A model generated the notes under the pieces. The model made no database searches and was not told the DNA's origin. It was given only the letters and a program-made list of their open reading frames with translations. Below are positions 23,525-35,485 of a stretch of 64,000 bases of DNA, one piece after another (position 1 is the first letter of the stretch; every line of letters begins with the position of its first letter). A program made the position numbers and the translations under genes. Source of the DNA: a bacterium (GTDB lineage Bacteria; SM23-31); NCBI GenBank assembly GCA_965249485.1, contig OZ252239.1, positions 992,001 to 1,056,000 of the forward strand, read 5' to 3'.

Positions 23525-23689
23525 TTTCTTTCCAACGTGTTTTAATGGTTATAAAACCTAATGAATTTATTTGCAATCATTAAATGAGAAATAAGAATGA
23601 CAAGTTTCCACATTTCAATATAATGACAACTAAACAAATCCTTATTTAAAAGCTGATTACGATTGGAAATTATGATATAAATGTCAAGA

Positions 23690-23746
23690 TATACATGTTG
23701 CTATTACAAGTATTTCCTTCTCTTCGGGCTGAACGATGAATGAACT
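23690..23746 (-). repeat. Cassette-boundary element copy
   Basis: ttacaagtatttccttctcttcgggctgaacgatgaatgaact, ~9 bp past the M24 stop. Confidence 0.7.
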
Positions 23747-23754
23747 TAATATAC

Positions 23755-25174
23755 TTAATGAATGAGCAGTATTTTTTCATTCGGTGGATGAAGAAATTCA
23801 ATACCCCGGCTGGATACGACGTGATTACCTTCAATATTGATGACAATCGGATTTCCAGGATTTTCAGGCATATTTGTACAGATCACAAATTCAAATGAAA
23901 AAAGATGATTTTCTTGAATCGGTAAATGATCCCTATCTGACCGAAAGGCCGCTATAGATGGTCCGACCGTCACCAAACTGCCACCATTATTGCCCTGACT
24001 GTGCAGGTCTATGGAAAAACCTGATTTATCGGTATTTGCGAGTTTCGCCTGTACATTCATATAATTTTTCAATCCTTCATCGGTATACGGTGTATAAATA
24101 TAGTCTGCCGCTTCCAGTGCCGCGACAAGATCTTGCAAAGTTTGTCCGGCGGTTTTGCCAACTTTTACATGTTCCCGAATAATCTTACGAGCAGCTATCG
24201 CACGATCAAAAGCATGCTGAATACTCTCCGGAACTTTTGTTTCCCCTTCCCTCATAATATAGGCATTACGTTTATAATCTGTCGAAAAGTAGTCAAGATA
24301 TCGTACTCCGTTATCAAACTGCATAAAAATCCCCACGCTGCAACACATAGTTGGGTGAGGATGTTTCTGACAGGTCTGAAACAGCCGAATAACGGAGCCG
24401 TGGAACACCAACCCTGGTACTGTATCCTTGTGTTAATCCCCGCTTGAAAAATTCCTCTTTAACCCACCAGCCTACATCTTCTAATGTTGTTACACCCGGC
24501 GTTATAACTTCATTCGATAAAGAACGTTCAAGAATCTGACGATGTATCTCAAGCGCATTCGTCATGAGAGTAACTTCCCTGAGAATCCGTCTTGAACGAA
24601 AATCGGTAATAACCTTTTCTGCAGACACAATTCTCTTCGAATATTTCGGCCCTAATATCTTTTCCAGTTTCAGATATTGCGTATAGGATATACCATCTGC
24701 AATAGCGAGCCAATCGGAATAATTTACTGCAATCGTTTTCGGGTCACGCTCTGCAACAAATTGAGTTATTTCGTCATAGACTGAAAAGTCCTGGGTATTA
24801 TAATCGTATCCGGTAATTGCTCGGGAAAGTTCGTGAGAGCCATAGATATCAAAGTCTAAAGCTCCGGCACCGCCAAAACTACCGCTAAACGAGGCCCGCT
24901 CGATCCTGTCTCCCAGGTCGGTAAATATCATATAACCCGAGGTCGTACCAAATTCCCGAAACATTGGATCTTGATCTCCGGCACGAGTGACATGGATCCA
25001 CATCTCCACATTATTGTCCCGCATCGCTCCCGGCAGAATAAGCTCAATCTTCTCTTTTCTTATAAGATCAAGGACTTCCCCGCCGGTCTTTGCCGTATGT
25101 ACACCAGGTTGTGCATTGGCTAAAGATACTAAGATCATCACAGAAATGAAAAATAGCATTATTCTAGTTATCAT
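23755..25174 (-). pseudogene. M24 peptidase-like paralogue, +1 frameshift in a homopolymer near 24327
   Basis: Two ORFs join as LQRGDF/MQFDNG; close match to 15632-17083. Confidence 0.85.
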
Positions 25175-25301
25175 TACGTGCTCCTCTATTGATTACTTAT
25201 GGCTTTTTAGAAACATTTATTAGCTGAAGGCTTCGAGTGTAGATATACTTTGTGACGTCATGATTTTCGTACCTGTCTGCTCATAAACTATACACAACCA
25301 G

Positions 25302-25372
25302 GATGTGCGTCGTCACAACATTATGGGCACTATTGTTTAGATAGTAAGGAATGCATTTAGCCTTTGCAAGTG
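25302..25372 (-). repeat. Cassette element, promoter half only
   Basis: TTGCAA(25369-64)-17bp-TACTAT(25346-41); dyad cgtcacaacattatgggca. Confidence 0.7.
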
Positions 25373-25992
25373 GTTAATAGGGATTTTAAGAATTATAATG
25401 CCGAATTAACATTGGACCCTTTTTCTCGGGGAGCATTATACGTGCACCCTGCGTAAAGTTTACAGTAATCAGAAGCTCTTCAAATGAAACTTGTTGGTGA
25501 TATTCTTGCATTTTGTCCATACGTATATTTGTCATAATTAGTTATTGATTGAACATAAAATATTAATACATTTTTGTAATATGAAACTACTTTTATATTG
25601 TTTTTTTGCTAAAATTCCTTTATAATAGAGCGATTTAATAATAAAATCATTACGTCATTTCTTAATAATTTTCATATCCATTCAATTAAAAGTTTCCAGA
25701 TATTTTACAATGCTAATGACTAACCAGTCGGGCGTTTTCAAGGTTAGCGAACTTCAGCCGCAAAACAAGAAATTCTACATAAATCTCTTTCAACGAATTG
25801 ATCCATAGATTATCCAAGAATTATGCTTAGATATTTGGATAAGGGGTAAATAAAAATGGCAGACCGTAATAACAATCGAATGACACGAAAAAATTTTCTC
25901 AAAACATCTCAGGCGGGACTTTTAACCTTTTGCAAGTATTAAAAGGAGTAGACAGTATAGTAGAGGTTTGCTATCAACTGGAGGAAATGAAA

Positions 25993-27846
25993 ATGATCGA
26001 TATGAAGCGACGTGATTGTTTAAAAGCACTAGGCGCGAGTGCCGCTTTATTGGTAGTGCCGGACCACATGAAAGATGCGAAATTGTTCTCGGCGGATAAA
26101 GAGAATCTCAGGCCGCCAAATGTTATCTTGATTATTACCGATGATCAAGGATATGGAGATTTAGCGTGTCATGGCAATCCGATAATTCAAACGCCAGCTA
26201 TCGATCACCTTTTCACTGAAAGTATAAGACTGAAAAACTATCATGTATCACCGGAATGCTCACCTACGCGTGCAAGTTTGCTAACTGGGCGCTACAGCAA
26301 TAGAACAGGAGTATGGCATACGGTAATGGGACGGTCTCTCCTACGAAAAGACGAAATGACTATGGCGGATGTGTTTCTGTCGAATGGTTACAAAACCGGG
26401 ATATTTGGCAAGTGGCACCTTGGAGATAACTACCCGTTCCGGCCACAGGACCGGGGTTTTGATGAAGTAGTAATCAATGGAGGAGGAGGTGTAGGAAATA
26501 TACCTGACTATTGGGATAATGATTATTTTGATGATACTTATTTTCGCAATGGGAAGCCGGAGAAATTCCAGGGTTACTGCACAGATGTTTGGTTTGATGA
26601 AGCCATGAAATTTGTTGAAACTAATAAGAATGATCCGTTCTTCTGTTATGTGACTACAAATGCCCCACACGATCCATTCCATGTCGAAGATAAATACAGT
26701 ACGCCATATCTCGATCAAGGTATCCCGGATTACCGTGCACAATTTTACGGAATGATAACGAATATAGATGAAAACATTGCCAGACTGGAATCGAAATTAA
26801 AAAACCTTGGAATTAGAGACAATACGATTTTTATATTCATGACCGATAATGGGACTTCAGGAGGAGTCGACACCGATGAGAACAGATTCCCGACAGGAGG
26901 CTTCAACGCGGGTATGCGTGGTCAAAAAGGTAGTGTATATGACGGTGGGCATCGGGTACCGTGCTTTATTCGCTGGCCGGATGGTTGGTTGGGTGGTGGC
27001 AGTGATGTCAATCGACTGACAGCACACATCGACATTCTTCCCACACTGATCGATTTGTGCGAGTTGAAAACAACAGAAGAGGTTCAGTTTGACGGAACGA
27101 GTATTACTCCATTGTTAAATGATGCGGTATCAAACTGGCCAGACCGAATGATAATTACCGATAGACAGCGAATTGAGCATCCGGAGAAATGGAGAAGAAA
27201 CGTCACAATGACCGACCGATGGCGTCTCGTCAATGGTATAGAGCTTTATGATATCAATATGGATCCCGGCCAAAAAAATGATGTTGCCGGACAATATCCT
27301 GATGTTGTTGCAAAATTACGCAATGCATATGAAAAATGGTGGAATGATGTTTCAGAACGATTTGACGAATTTTGTGAAATAATCATTGGTTCCGAAAAAG
27401 AAAATCCCGTCCGACTGACAAATCATGATCTTCATGATGGTCAAGAAGGCAGAACAGTGGTCTGGGATCAGCCTCTCGTCCGTGATGCTCTTCAGTCAAA
27501 TGGATTCTGGGCAATAGACGTTGCACAAACAGGTACATATGAATTTGCATTGAGGCGATGGCCTGAGGAAATCGATAAGCCAATAAATGCCACTATTCCT
27601 GAAGGTGGACCCATTCCCGGAGGCATACCTTATCCCAAAGGGATAGCCATTAATGTGACCAATGCCCGGATCAAGATTGCAGAAGTGGAGGAGACCAAAT
27701 CGGTTTCCGGAAATGAGACTGCTGTACTTTTTCGGATCCAGCTCCAAGCTGGCAAAACACGATTGCAAACCTGGTTTACCGATGATAAAGGACAATCCCG
27801 CAGTGCATACTATGTTTATATCAAATACATTTCACAGGGAGAGTAA
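25993..27846 (+). CDS. Arylsulfatase (Cys-type), Tat-like leader
   Basis: PNVILIITDDQGYGD, CSPTRASLLTG, GKWHLG, TDNG, KG..YDGGHRVP. Confidence 0.93.
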   Translation: MIDMKRRDCLKALGASAALLVVPDHMKDAKLFSADKENLRPPNVILIITDDQGYGDLACHGNPIIQTPAIDHLFTESIRLKNYHVSPECSPTRASLLTGRYSNRTGVWHTVMGRSLLRKDEMTMADVFLSNGYKTGIFGKWHLGDNYPFRPQDRGFDEVVINGGGGVGNIPDYWDNDYFDDTYFRNGKPEKFQGYCTDVWFDEAMKFVETNKNDPFFCYVTTNAPHDPFHVEDKYSTPYLDQGIPDYRAQFYGMITNIDENIARLESKLKNLGIRDNTIFIFMTDNGTSGGVDTDENRFPTGGFNAGMRGQKGSVYDGGHRVPCFIRWPDGWLGGGSDVNRLTAHIDILPTLIDLCELKTTEEVQFDGTSITPLLNDAVSNWPDRMIITDRQRIEHPEKWRRNVTMTDRWRLVNGIELYDINMDPGQKNDVAGQYPDVVAKLRNAYEKWWNDVSERFDEFCEIIIGSEKENPVRLTNHDLHDGQEGRTVVWDQPLVRDALQSNGFWAIDVAQTGTYEFALRRWPEEIDKPINATIPEGGPIPGGIPYPKGIAINVTNARIKIAEVEETKSVSGNETAVLFRIQLQAGKTRLQTWFTDDKGQSRSAYYVYIKYISQGE

Positions 27847-27925
27847 AACAACTTTCTATACACCAATTTTTTTCTGTAGCTTTTTATTCAATTCGTTATC
27901 TCTGTGTAGATAGATCTTTCCTACG

Positions 27926-28017
27926 TATATATAGAATAATTTTTCAAACATTATCTGATTGTAATGACGATATTCATCGAATAGATTGAAGGGTTGAAGA
28001 GTCGAAAAAACTGGACA
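27926..28017 (+). repeat. ~90-bp decayed repeat, homologous to 38195-38284
   Basis: tatata..taga..ttcaaacat..acgat..cgaat.gat.gaaggg..gaaga.tcgaaaaactgga present in both. Confidence 0.65.
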
Positions 28018-28130
28018 GTACCGAATGAACCGATCTTCCCAGAAAATTTTGATTCGATACTCCCTATATCAATTCTCTGAAAGATTTAATATGGATATTT
28101 TATGAATTTTAATGGCAATTTATCACAAAA

Positions 28131-29071
28131 TTACTTTGTCTGAGGCAATACAGTTTGTTTCAAATACGTATCCGGTATTGATTCTATCTCACGTATTTTA
28201 ATGTTGCGGTAGAAGAGTTCGGCGCCTTCCGCTTGTAATTCAATCTTCCCACGCGTTAGAGGCAGAAAATTATCATCATCCACCCAGTTTTTGCATTCTC
28301 CAAAACCATAACCACATGACCGTTGACGATATGAAGGCTCTTGTCTCCCAGACATATCAACTCGACGGTATTCCATTCTCCATGAGGATTTTCATAGTCA
28401 AGAATTCTTCGACATCTGTTCGGTTCAAATTGGTCTCCGCTTCTAAACTGCCTGTATTCTGCGGTTGGATTATAAATCCACTGGGTATCACCATAATCAT
28501 TATCTTCAGGACGATCTTCTTTCATCTCTGAAGATCTGATATCCATACTAACTCCAGCCAGAGGATGGAAGTCCCCAACATCACCTTCCTGAACCTGCAA
28601 TTCTGGTGCTTTCATCCAAGCATTATAAAATTGGCCGTATGGTTCCTGAGCGTGATAATGTATCCCACTATCCCTTCTTCTGTTTAATCGTGGTTCATGC
28701 TTTTTTTCACCCCATTTAAACTCCATTTTCAAATGGTAATTTTCAAATTCCTCTTTTGTGCTTATCCCACCAAATATCTCACCTGATATATGAAGTATGG
28801 GTGTTCCATTCGATTCCTCAACCGTAAAGATGTTTAAAGGGTCCTTATTTAAGCCGATCGGTGTTCCATCTTTAGGATACCCGGCGAGATTAACACTTTC
28901 ATGTGGAACACCCACGAAAATATTCCATTTGCTTAAATCCTTGTCAAGAAGTGTTACCCAATCATTTCCTGCATCTATTTGTGGTTTTTCCAAACCACAA
29001 CCGACTAAGGTTCCGCATATGGAAACTATAATGACAATTAATTTAGAATATTTCCATCCGATAGTATTCAA
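28131..29071 (-). pseudogene. DUF1080 (3-keto-disaccharide hydrolase-like) lipoprotein, frameshift in a homopolymer near 28290
   Basis: VGC lipobox, NYHLKMEFKWG, RDSGI, GEWNTVEL, G.IELQAEGAE..YRNI. Confidence 0.85.
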
Positions 29072-29169
29072 AATTATAATACTCCTGATTTGTTGATTGT
29101 AATAACGATGTATAAATAAGGTGTACGTTTTATATGGCCATGATATTTCAGGCTAATTGCGTTAATAAT

Positions 29170-29233
29170 CAAGAGACACATTGTGCCATTCCAAATGTTT
29201 TCTATTCTTCGGGCTGTACGATTTTCGAGCCTT
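29170..29233 (-). repeat. Cassette-boundary element copy
   Basis: tgttttctattcttcgggctgtacgattttcgagcctt, ~5 bp past the M24 stop. Confidence 0.8.
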
Positions 29234-29238
29234 TTTAC

Positions 29239-30663
29239 TCATTTGATCAGTACAATTTCCTCATTTAGCGGCTGAATAAATTCGACTCCCATGCTGGTTA
29301 CAATTTGAGGATTTGAAATATTAAAGGCTAATGGATAACCGGGTCTTTCATCAATGTTCATATGGACCATATATTCAAAAGCAAAGAGATGATTCTCTTG
29401 AATTTTCAAATGCCACGTGTCTCGCCGAAAATCTGCCATAGAGGGTCCTTATAATCTCATGCCGCCGCCACCGCCAGTATTGCCAAAAGAATGATTGTCA
29501 ATGGAAAATCCCGGCTTATCAGTATTAGCGAGCGCTTTCTGTATCATCTTGTAATCTTCAGTGCCACTATCTGTGAAAGGCGTATAAATATAGCCCGCTT
29601 CTTCCATAGCTTTAACCATAGCCGCCAAAGATTCACCACCAGTCATGCCGACTTTCATATGATCCCGCATGATCCATTGACCTGCTATCGCTTTATTATA
29701 GACCTCCTGTAAAAAGTCGGGGACTTTTGTTTCACCTTCTTGCAGAATATATGCATGAATTTTAGTATCAACACCAAAACCCATGTAATTTCCTCTGGTA
29801 CCGCCACCACCGCCGCCAACAAATAAATCGCCGCGTTGTAATACATAGTCGGGATTAGGTGGAAAATCATGTACTGTATCTTCAGGTTTGCTTGTAGCTG
29901 AATAATAAAGCCGGCCGCCTATGTCCCGTACTCTTGTGACTCCCGGTACAACCTGAGATAATCTTTGTTTAGCACGCTGGCGGGCCAGTGCCAACACTTC
30001 GACCTGTGCCGCAACTTCCCTGCTAGTCCTTCTTACCAGAAAATCTGTAATGACCAGCTCTGCAGAGACGATTCTCTGAGAATATTTGGAACCCAAAATT
30101 TGTTTCAATCTCACGAATTGAGAATGAGAAATTCCATCTGCCACCGGTAGCCAATCGGAAAAATTTACTGCGATCGTCTGCGGATCGTGTGCGGTAACAT
30201 AATCCGCTATCTCGTTGTATACTTCGGGAACTGAAAAACCCTGCCGGGGATCTGAATTGCCATAATTGTAGCCGGTAAAAGCACGTGCGAGATTAAGAGA
30301 ACCACGTACGTCAATTTTTTCAATAGCTCCTGCTGGGGTGCCAAATGTTGAACCACCAAATATAGCCCGCTCGATCCTATCTCCCAGATCGGTAAAGATC
30401 AAATAACCGGAGGTTGACCCAAAATACCGACGCATTGGGTCTCCGGAACGACCGACGTGAATCCACATGTCCACATTATTATCGCGCATGGCTCCCGGTA
30501 GAACAAGGTCAAGTTTGTCGTTTCTCATCAGACGGAGCGCTTCCCTGTCGGTCTCAACCGTACGTTGTGGCAGTGGATTAAAGGAATCTCCACCTCTCTG
30601 TGCCATTACATTAGGTACAATGAGCATCCCAGCTATTAAAAATAACACAATTCGAGATATCAT
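29239..30663 (-). pseudogene. M24 peptidase-like paralogue with in-frame TAA at 29449-29451
   Basis: ...GGMRL*GPSMADFRRD...FAFEY in one frame (475 codons). Confidence 0.85.
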
Positions 30664-30695
30664 AACGTGCTCCTCAATTGATTTTTTAGTGACGA

Positions 30696-30797
30696 ATATT
30701 ATGTTAACCATTTAGTTTGCACAAGTGATTTTTGCTCCTCAGGCACGTATGGTTTGCGAACCTTTAACAGTAAGTCTAAATCTGTTTAAAATGTTCT
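30696..30797 (-). repeat. Cassette-boundary element copy
   Basis: TTGTGC-17bp-TAATAT; arm ctcctcaggcacgtatggtttgcgaacctt; ~30-bp extension shared with 45741-45774. Confidence 0.8.
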
Positions 30798-30822
30798 GGA
30801 TCTCTACAATTCACTCTCAATT

Positions 30823-31340
30823 TTACCAGCCTTTATAACTCGAAGTGGAAATTCCTTGAGAACTTAAATAAGATATTGAAAGTCCTCTCGTATGTGTTTG
30901 GTGATCTACAATGAATAAATAGGCATGAAATCTTGTTTTCTCTATTCCGGATTGATCAATTTTTTCTTCAAACTCTTTAATGGGGTATTTTCTAATGCTG
31001 ATTTTACTGCTTCAAAAGATTTTTTAAGTTCGTTGATAAGTTCTTTTTTTGATTTTGCACTTGGATCTACTTTTCCACCTTCACTTTTAACAATAGTTGC
31101 TATACGATAATTTGATTCGGCTAAATGTGTCAAATGCTCCCCAAATTCACGAGCTTCTTTATCAAGTTTGTGGTGATAATCACTTTCCGGCATTGCTTCA
31201 GTAACTTCCAGTGTAAACTCTGTCATTGTATCCCATGCTTGAGTTATTGCAGTTTTTGTTATAAGCTGTGCTGAGGCATGACCTGCCGTTAATAGAATAA
31301 AACATGTTAACAGATATCTAATGATAACGTACGAATTCAT
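30823..31340 (-). pseudogene. DinB family protein with signal peptide, frameshift near 30960
   Basis: EAMPE.DY, EHLTHLA; shifted frame ...IVDHQTHTRG..SYL...YKGW*. Confidence 0.75.
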
Positions 31341-31556
31341 ATTATTCTCCTATTTCTATAATAGAATTAATGATGATCTCTTGTGATGTTTTATCCCATA
31401 TTAACATTTGAGCATGAGAAGTACAAATACAAATGAGTCTTTCTTGATCATAAGTCCACAGAGAAAAGGCAATCCCGATAAGTCTTTCTGTAACAATAAA
31501 ATATTACGGATTGAATAAAAATTATCTTAGAAACGAGATTTTAATTTGATAAAACA

Positions 31557-31584
31557 CTCCCCGGGATGTACGATTTGCGAACGT
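31557..31584 (-). repeat. Cassette element, att-like arm only
   Basis: ctccccgggatgtacgatttgcgaac; similarity begins at (a)CTCC. Confidence 0.8.
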
Positions 31585-31627
31585 TTTCAATGCTGATCTG
31601 CTATCATTCAATAGCTTCATCGCCACA

Positions 31628-33166
31628 TTACCAGGGTAACGGTGCAATTCGGGGAAGTTTCTCATCACGCATTGCAGCATGATACGCAAATGTTGCCAGG
31701 ACGACAGCAGCTTGCGTTAGACCCTCAGGATAGAGGCGTTCATATACATCCATATTTGTGTGGGCGTTCCAGTCATCTATCTCTTTTCTATCATGGTTAA
31801 AATAAAAGCCAATCAATCCAACTTCTTTGTAAGCTTCATGTTCAAATCCTGTGGTGAAAAGATGTGACATTCCAAGGCTATGCAAGGGTTTTATCCACTC
31901 GGTTATTATCCCCCGGACAGCTTCATTTCCCATGATGGAAACGCCCCGTATGCTGCCGGGACCGATATCAACATTAAAATACGCAGAAAGATTATTATAA
32001 TCTTTTTTATACTCCTTTGTTGCCGGGTCAGCGAAGTTGTTACGGACATGGCTCCGGTTACCAATTAATCCTATTTCGTGACCGCCCCAGAGACCAACAC
32101 GAATCGTCCTTCGGGGTTTAACCCCGATCGCCTTGAGAATACGTGCCGCTTCCATGGCAGTAACCGATCCGGCAGCGTTATCTATGGCGCCGGTTCCGAC
32201 ATAATCAGACTGAAGATGACCGCCTATTATAACTATTTCATGCGCCAGATCTGTACCCGGAATCTCAGCAATGACGTTATGATCGACGGACTCACCTCTG
32301 TAAACGATCGTCTTGATCTCGATTTCCATCTCGACAGGAATATCTTTTTCGAGGATCCGCATTATCCGGTTATACTGTTCCACTGCCAGGACCAACTCCG
32401 TGGGCTGTAGGGGCTTATCTTCCCACGGCCTCTCTATTCCATTGTAATTTCCGGGAGCTACTGTGCCGTAATAATGCTGTTCATCCGGGTGTACAATAGC
32501 CACAGCACCTTCTGCAAAAACAAAATCAATCATGTGCTTTTTCAGTTCACGGAGATCACTTCTGCGAGGTTCTTCCGAGACTCGGGGACCAATGACAACA
32601 GGGATTTTCTCCATCTCATCAAGCCGCTCTTCTGTCCATGTCAGCGGATTAGCTTCAAAATGGGGTGAGATTTCCTGCTCCGGTTTTATGAATATAATAC
32701 GATCTTTTAATTTTTCACGGTATTGTTCCAGATCCGCTTTCGAAGTAATTTCATCAAAATTCATGTAGAAAACATCCGCCCGGATCTTTCCATTGGTGCC
32801 CGCCGTCCACGGTGCAGGATAGCCGATGATCCGCATATATTGGGGGGCCATCATGTGGATAGACGTGTAAGCATGCCCCCAGCCGTTACCGAACTCATAC
32901 GGTTCAAGCTTAGCATTCGTGAGACCATACTCTTTGAGCTGGTCTCTTGCCCATTCTGCCGCTGCGCGGAATGAAGGCGTTTTCTCATTCCGCGGTCCAA
33001 ATACATCTGTCAGCCAGCTCGCATTCTCCATTACTTCGGAATTTTCAAAAGCTTCTTCCGTGAGTTCCTGCACAACATCCCAGTAGACTGGTTCCTGTGC
33101 AGATACGGAAGACACTAATATAAACATCACTAATAGACTTAGAATAATAGTATAATGAACTTTCAT
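31628..33166 (-). CDS. Secreted M28 peptidase (carboxypeptidase Q-like)
   Basis: LTDVFGPR, NVIAEIPG, GGH, GAIDNAAG, PRRTIR..LWGG, HTNMD. Confidence 0.88.
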   Translation of the reverse strand: MKVHYTIILSLLVMFILVSSVSAQEPVYWDVVQELTEEAFENSEVMENASWLTDVFGPRNEKTPSFRAAAEWARDQLKEYGLTNAKLEPYEFGNGWGHAYTSIHMMAPQYMRIIGYPAPWTAGTNGKIRADVFYMNFDEITSKADLEQYREKLKDRIIFIKPEQEISPHFEANPLTWTEERLDEMEKIPVVIGPRVSEEPRRSDLRELKKHMIDFVFAEGAVAIVHPDEQHYYGTVAPGNYNGIERPWEDKPLQPTELVLAVEQYNRIMRILEKDIPVEMEIEIKTIVYRGESVDHNVIAEIPGTDLAHEIVIIGGHLQSDYVGTGAIDNAAGSVTAMEAARILKAIGVKPRRTIRVGLWGGHEIGLIGNRSHVRNNFADPATKEYKKDYNNLSAYFNVDIGPGSIRGVSIMGNEAVRGIITEWIKPLHSLGMSHLFTTGFEHEAYKEVGLIGFYFNHDRKEIDDWNAHTNMDVYERLYPEGLTQAAVVLATFAYHAAMRDEKLPRIAPLPW

Positions 33167-33186
33167 AATATGACTCCTGATTAAGT

Positions 33187-33265
33187 TTGCGCTGTCAGAA
33201 CAATACGGACACTTTGTGTTCAATAGTAAGGTAAGTAATTTGCTTTCACAAGTGTTTTCTACTCC
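33187..33265 (-). repeat. Cassette element, promoter half ending at CTCC
   Basis: TGTCAGAACAATACGGACA dyad; TTGTGA-17bp-TACTAT; caagtgttttctactcc then unrelated sequence. Confidence 0.8.
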
Positions 33266-33516
33266 TTATTTTAACTGGCAAAGTCGTTGATACTATTCTA
33301 AAAAGTGGTGCAAGGGGTGACCAGCTCTTCGGTGGTAACGGGAGTGAAACAGCAGTAATCTCAGGTGCATATGAGGATTATTCAATTATAATAAACGATG
33401 GGTATACAAAGGTTAAGGATAGGCATGTGAACCAGGATGGAAGGGATAATCTCATCAATATCGATTTTCTTCAATTTAGTGATCGGAAAGTAAAACTTTT
33501 ATACATTCATTATTGA
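33266..33516 (+). pseudogene. C-terminal fragment of an RTX/hemolysin-type Ca-binding protein
   Basis: Hand translation LTGKVVDTILKSGARGDQLFGGNGSETAVISGAYEDYSI...DGRDNLINIDFLQFSDRKV..*; no plausible start. Confidence 0.65.
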
Positions 33517-33619
33517 TTCGTAAATCGTACGGCCCAAGGGGGTAGAAAACACTTGTAAAAGCAATATGTAATCCTTACAATTCATCACAATATGTCCTAC
33601 TTGTTCTGACAACGTACAC
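33517..33619 (+). repeat. Full cassette element, inverted orientation
   Basis: ttcgtaaatcgtacggcccaagggggtagaaaacac TTGTAA(33553)-17bp-TACAAT(33576), then TGTCCTACTTGTTCTGACA. Confidence 0.85.
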
Positions 33620-33720
33620 TTCTTTAACATACTATTCATGTAAATAATCAGTTATGATTTATTGATGTCATGATAGAGAATGGTTATTGTCAGTTATTTA
33701 AAATTTTAAGAAAACCAGTA

Positions 33721-33740
33721 TGACCTTGCTGCAAAAGTTG
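33721..33740. mobile_element. IS3-like terminal repeat remnant
   Basis: tgaccttgctgcaaaagttg resembles the reverse complement of 17215-17239. Confidence 0.4.
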
Positions 33741-33832
33741 TTGAATTTTCAATCGATTTTGTCAGAGTGGAGCTTCATGTTTATTGGGTTAACTATACAA
33801 TCGAAAACTAAGAGTATAGTAATGAGGGTGCT

Positions 33833-35389
33833 ATGAAAAAATTGACGGTCACAATATTATGTCTGGTACTATTTCTTGTCATGGCAATAAGCCTGCCGGC
33901 ACAAAATCAACAAAACAAAATTGTTGTCAACGTTGATCTCGGCTCGGAAATAATCAGCAGACATATATATGGACATTTCGCCGAACATTTAGGAAGCGGT
34001 ATATATGGTGGAATATGGGTAGGAGAAGATTCTCCTATACCCAATACACATGGGATAAGAAATGATGTTGTTGAGGCACTGAAAGAGCTAAATATTCCTA
34101 ATGTCAGATGGCCGGGCGGTTGTTTTGCCGATGAATATCACTGGATGGATGGTATCGGACCCCGTAATGAGAGACCTTCTATGATTAATACGCATTGGGG
34201 TGGGGTTACCGAGGATAACAGTTTCGGAACGCATGAGTTTATGGATTTGACCGAACAGCTCGGTACGGAACCCTATATAGTTGGAAATGTCGGCAGTGGT
34301 ACGGTACAGGAAATGTCTCAGTGGGTTGAGTACCTGACTTCGGATGCGAAAACTCCTATGACTGATCTGAGGAAAAGAAATGGCAGGGAGGAACCCTGGA
34401 GAGTGAAATATTGGGGAATCGGCAATGAGAATTGGGGATGCGGTGGAAGCATGAGAGCTGAATATTATGCCGATTTATTACGTCGATATTCGAGATACAC
34501 TCGTAATTACGGAGATAATGAGCTTTATAGAATAGGCGGCGGCGCTACAAATATTGATTACGATGAAGTAATATTAAAAGAGCGAAGAGCAAGGAGCGCT
34601 ATGCAGGGTTTTTCGCTTCATTATTATACAAGACTTCGCAGCTTGTCGCCAAATCATTCTGCAACCGATTTTGGTGAAAAGGAGTGGTTTTACATGCTCA
34701 GTGAATCTTTAAAAATTGATGATGTGATATCTCAAACCATTACGCTTATGGATAAATACGACCCGGAAAAAAGAATCGATTTGATCGTGGATGAATGGGG
34801 AAACTGGCATGATGTTGAACCCGGGACAAATCCGGGATTTCTCTTCCAGCAGAACACTTTAAGGGATGCGCTTGTAGCGGCTGCTACTCTTGATATATTC
34901 AACAAACATGCAGATCGTGTCAAGATGGCAAATATCGCTCAGTTGGTAAATGTATTGCAGGCATTGATATTAACAAATGAAGAACAAATGGTCTTAACTC
35001 CTACATATTATGTATACAATATGTATAAAGTTCATCATGATGCAACATTGCTGCCTTTAGACCTGCAGACTGAAGATTATACAATGGATGGGATAGCAAT
35101 TCCTGCGATCAGCTCATCCGCTTCAAAAGATGACAACGGGCGCGTTCACATTTCCCTGAGCAACCTTAATCCCAATAAGGAGCTTGAGATCACCTGCGAG
35201 ATCCGTGGATTTAAAAATGTTACTCGTATCAGTGGGGAGTTATTAACTGCAAACAGAATTAATTCCTACAATGACTTTAGTGAATCGGAAGAAGTATATA
35301 CGGTTGAGTTTAGTGGATATGAGAAGAAAGGCAACATAATTACTGTAAAATTGCCTCCCAAATCGGTAGTAATGTTGGAGATTATCTAA
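33833..35389 (+). CDS. abfA: Alpha-L-arabinofuranosidase, GH51
   Basis: [47 protein letters not shown]. Confidence 0.92.
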   Translation: MKKLTVTILCLVLFLVMAISLPAQNQQNKIVVNVDLGSEIISRHIYGHFAEHLGSGIYGGIWVGEDSPIPNTHGIRNDVVEALKELNIPNVRWPGGCFADEYHWMDGIGPRNERPSMINTHWGGVTEDNSFGTHEFMDLTEQLGTEPYIVGNVGSGTVQEMSQWVEYLTSDAKTPMTDLRKRNGREEPWRVKYWGIGNENWGCGGSMRAEYYADLLRRYSRYTRNYGDNELYRIGGGATNIDYDEVILKERRARSAMQGFSLHYYTRLRSLSPNHSATDFGEKEWFYMLSESLKIDDVISQTITLMDKYDPEKRIDLIVDEWGNWHDVEPGTNPGFLFQQNTLRDALVAAATLDIFNKHADRVKMANIAQLVNVLQALILTNEEQMVLTPTYYVYNMYKVHHDATLLPLDLQTEDYTMDGIAIPAISSSASKDDNGRVHISLSNLNPNKELEITCEIRGFKNVTRISGELLTANRINSYNDFSESEEVYTVEFSGYEKKGNIITVKLPPKSVVMLEII

Positions 35390-35485
35390 ACAAAAGAAAA
35401 AAGCTACCATATATACTGGATAAAGGAATGTAATATACTAAGAATTAAGAATACTTATTACTAACCTTTTCAAGGAGATTTCAAA

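Noticed and set aside
15632..25174. Diversity-generating retroelement among similar M24 3' ends
   Set aside because: Similarity spans whole paralogues, no adenine-specific pattern was noticed, and there is no reverse transcriptase.
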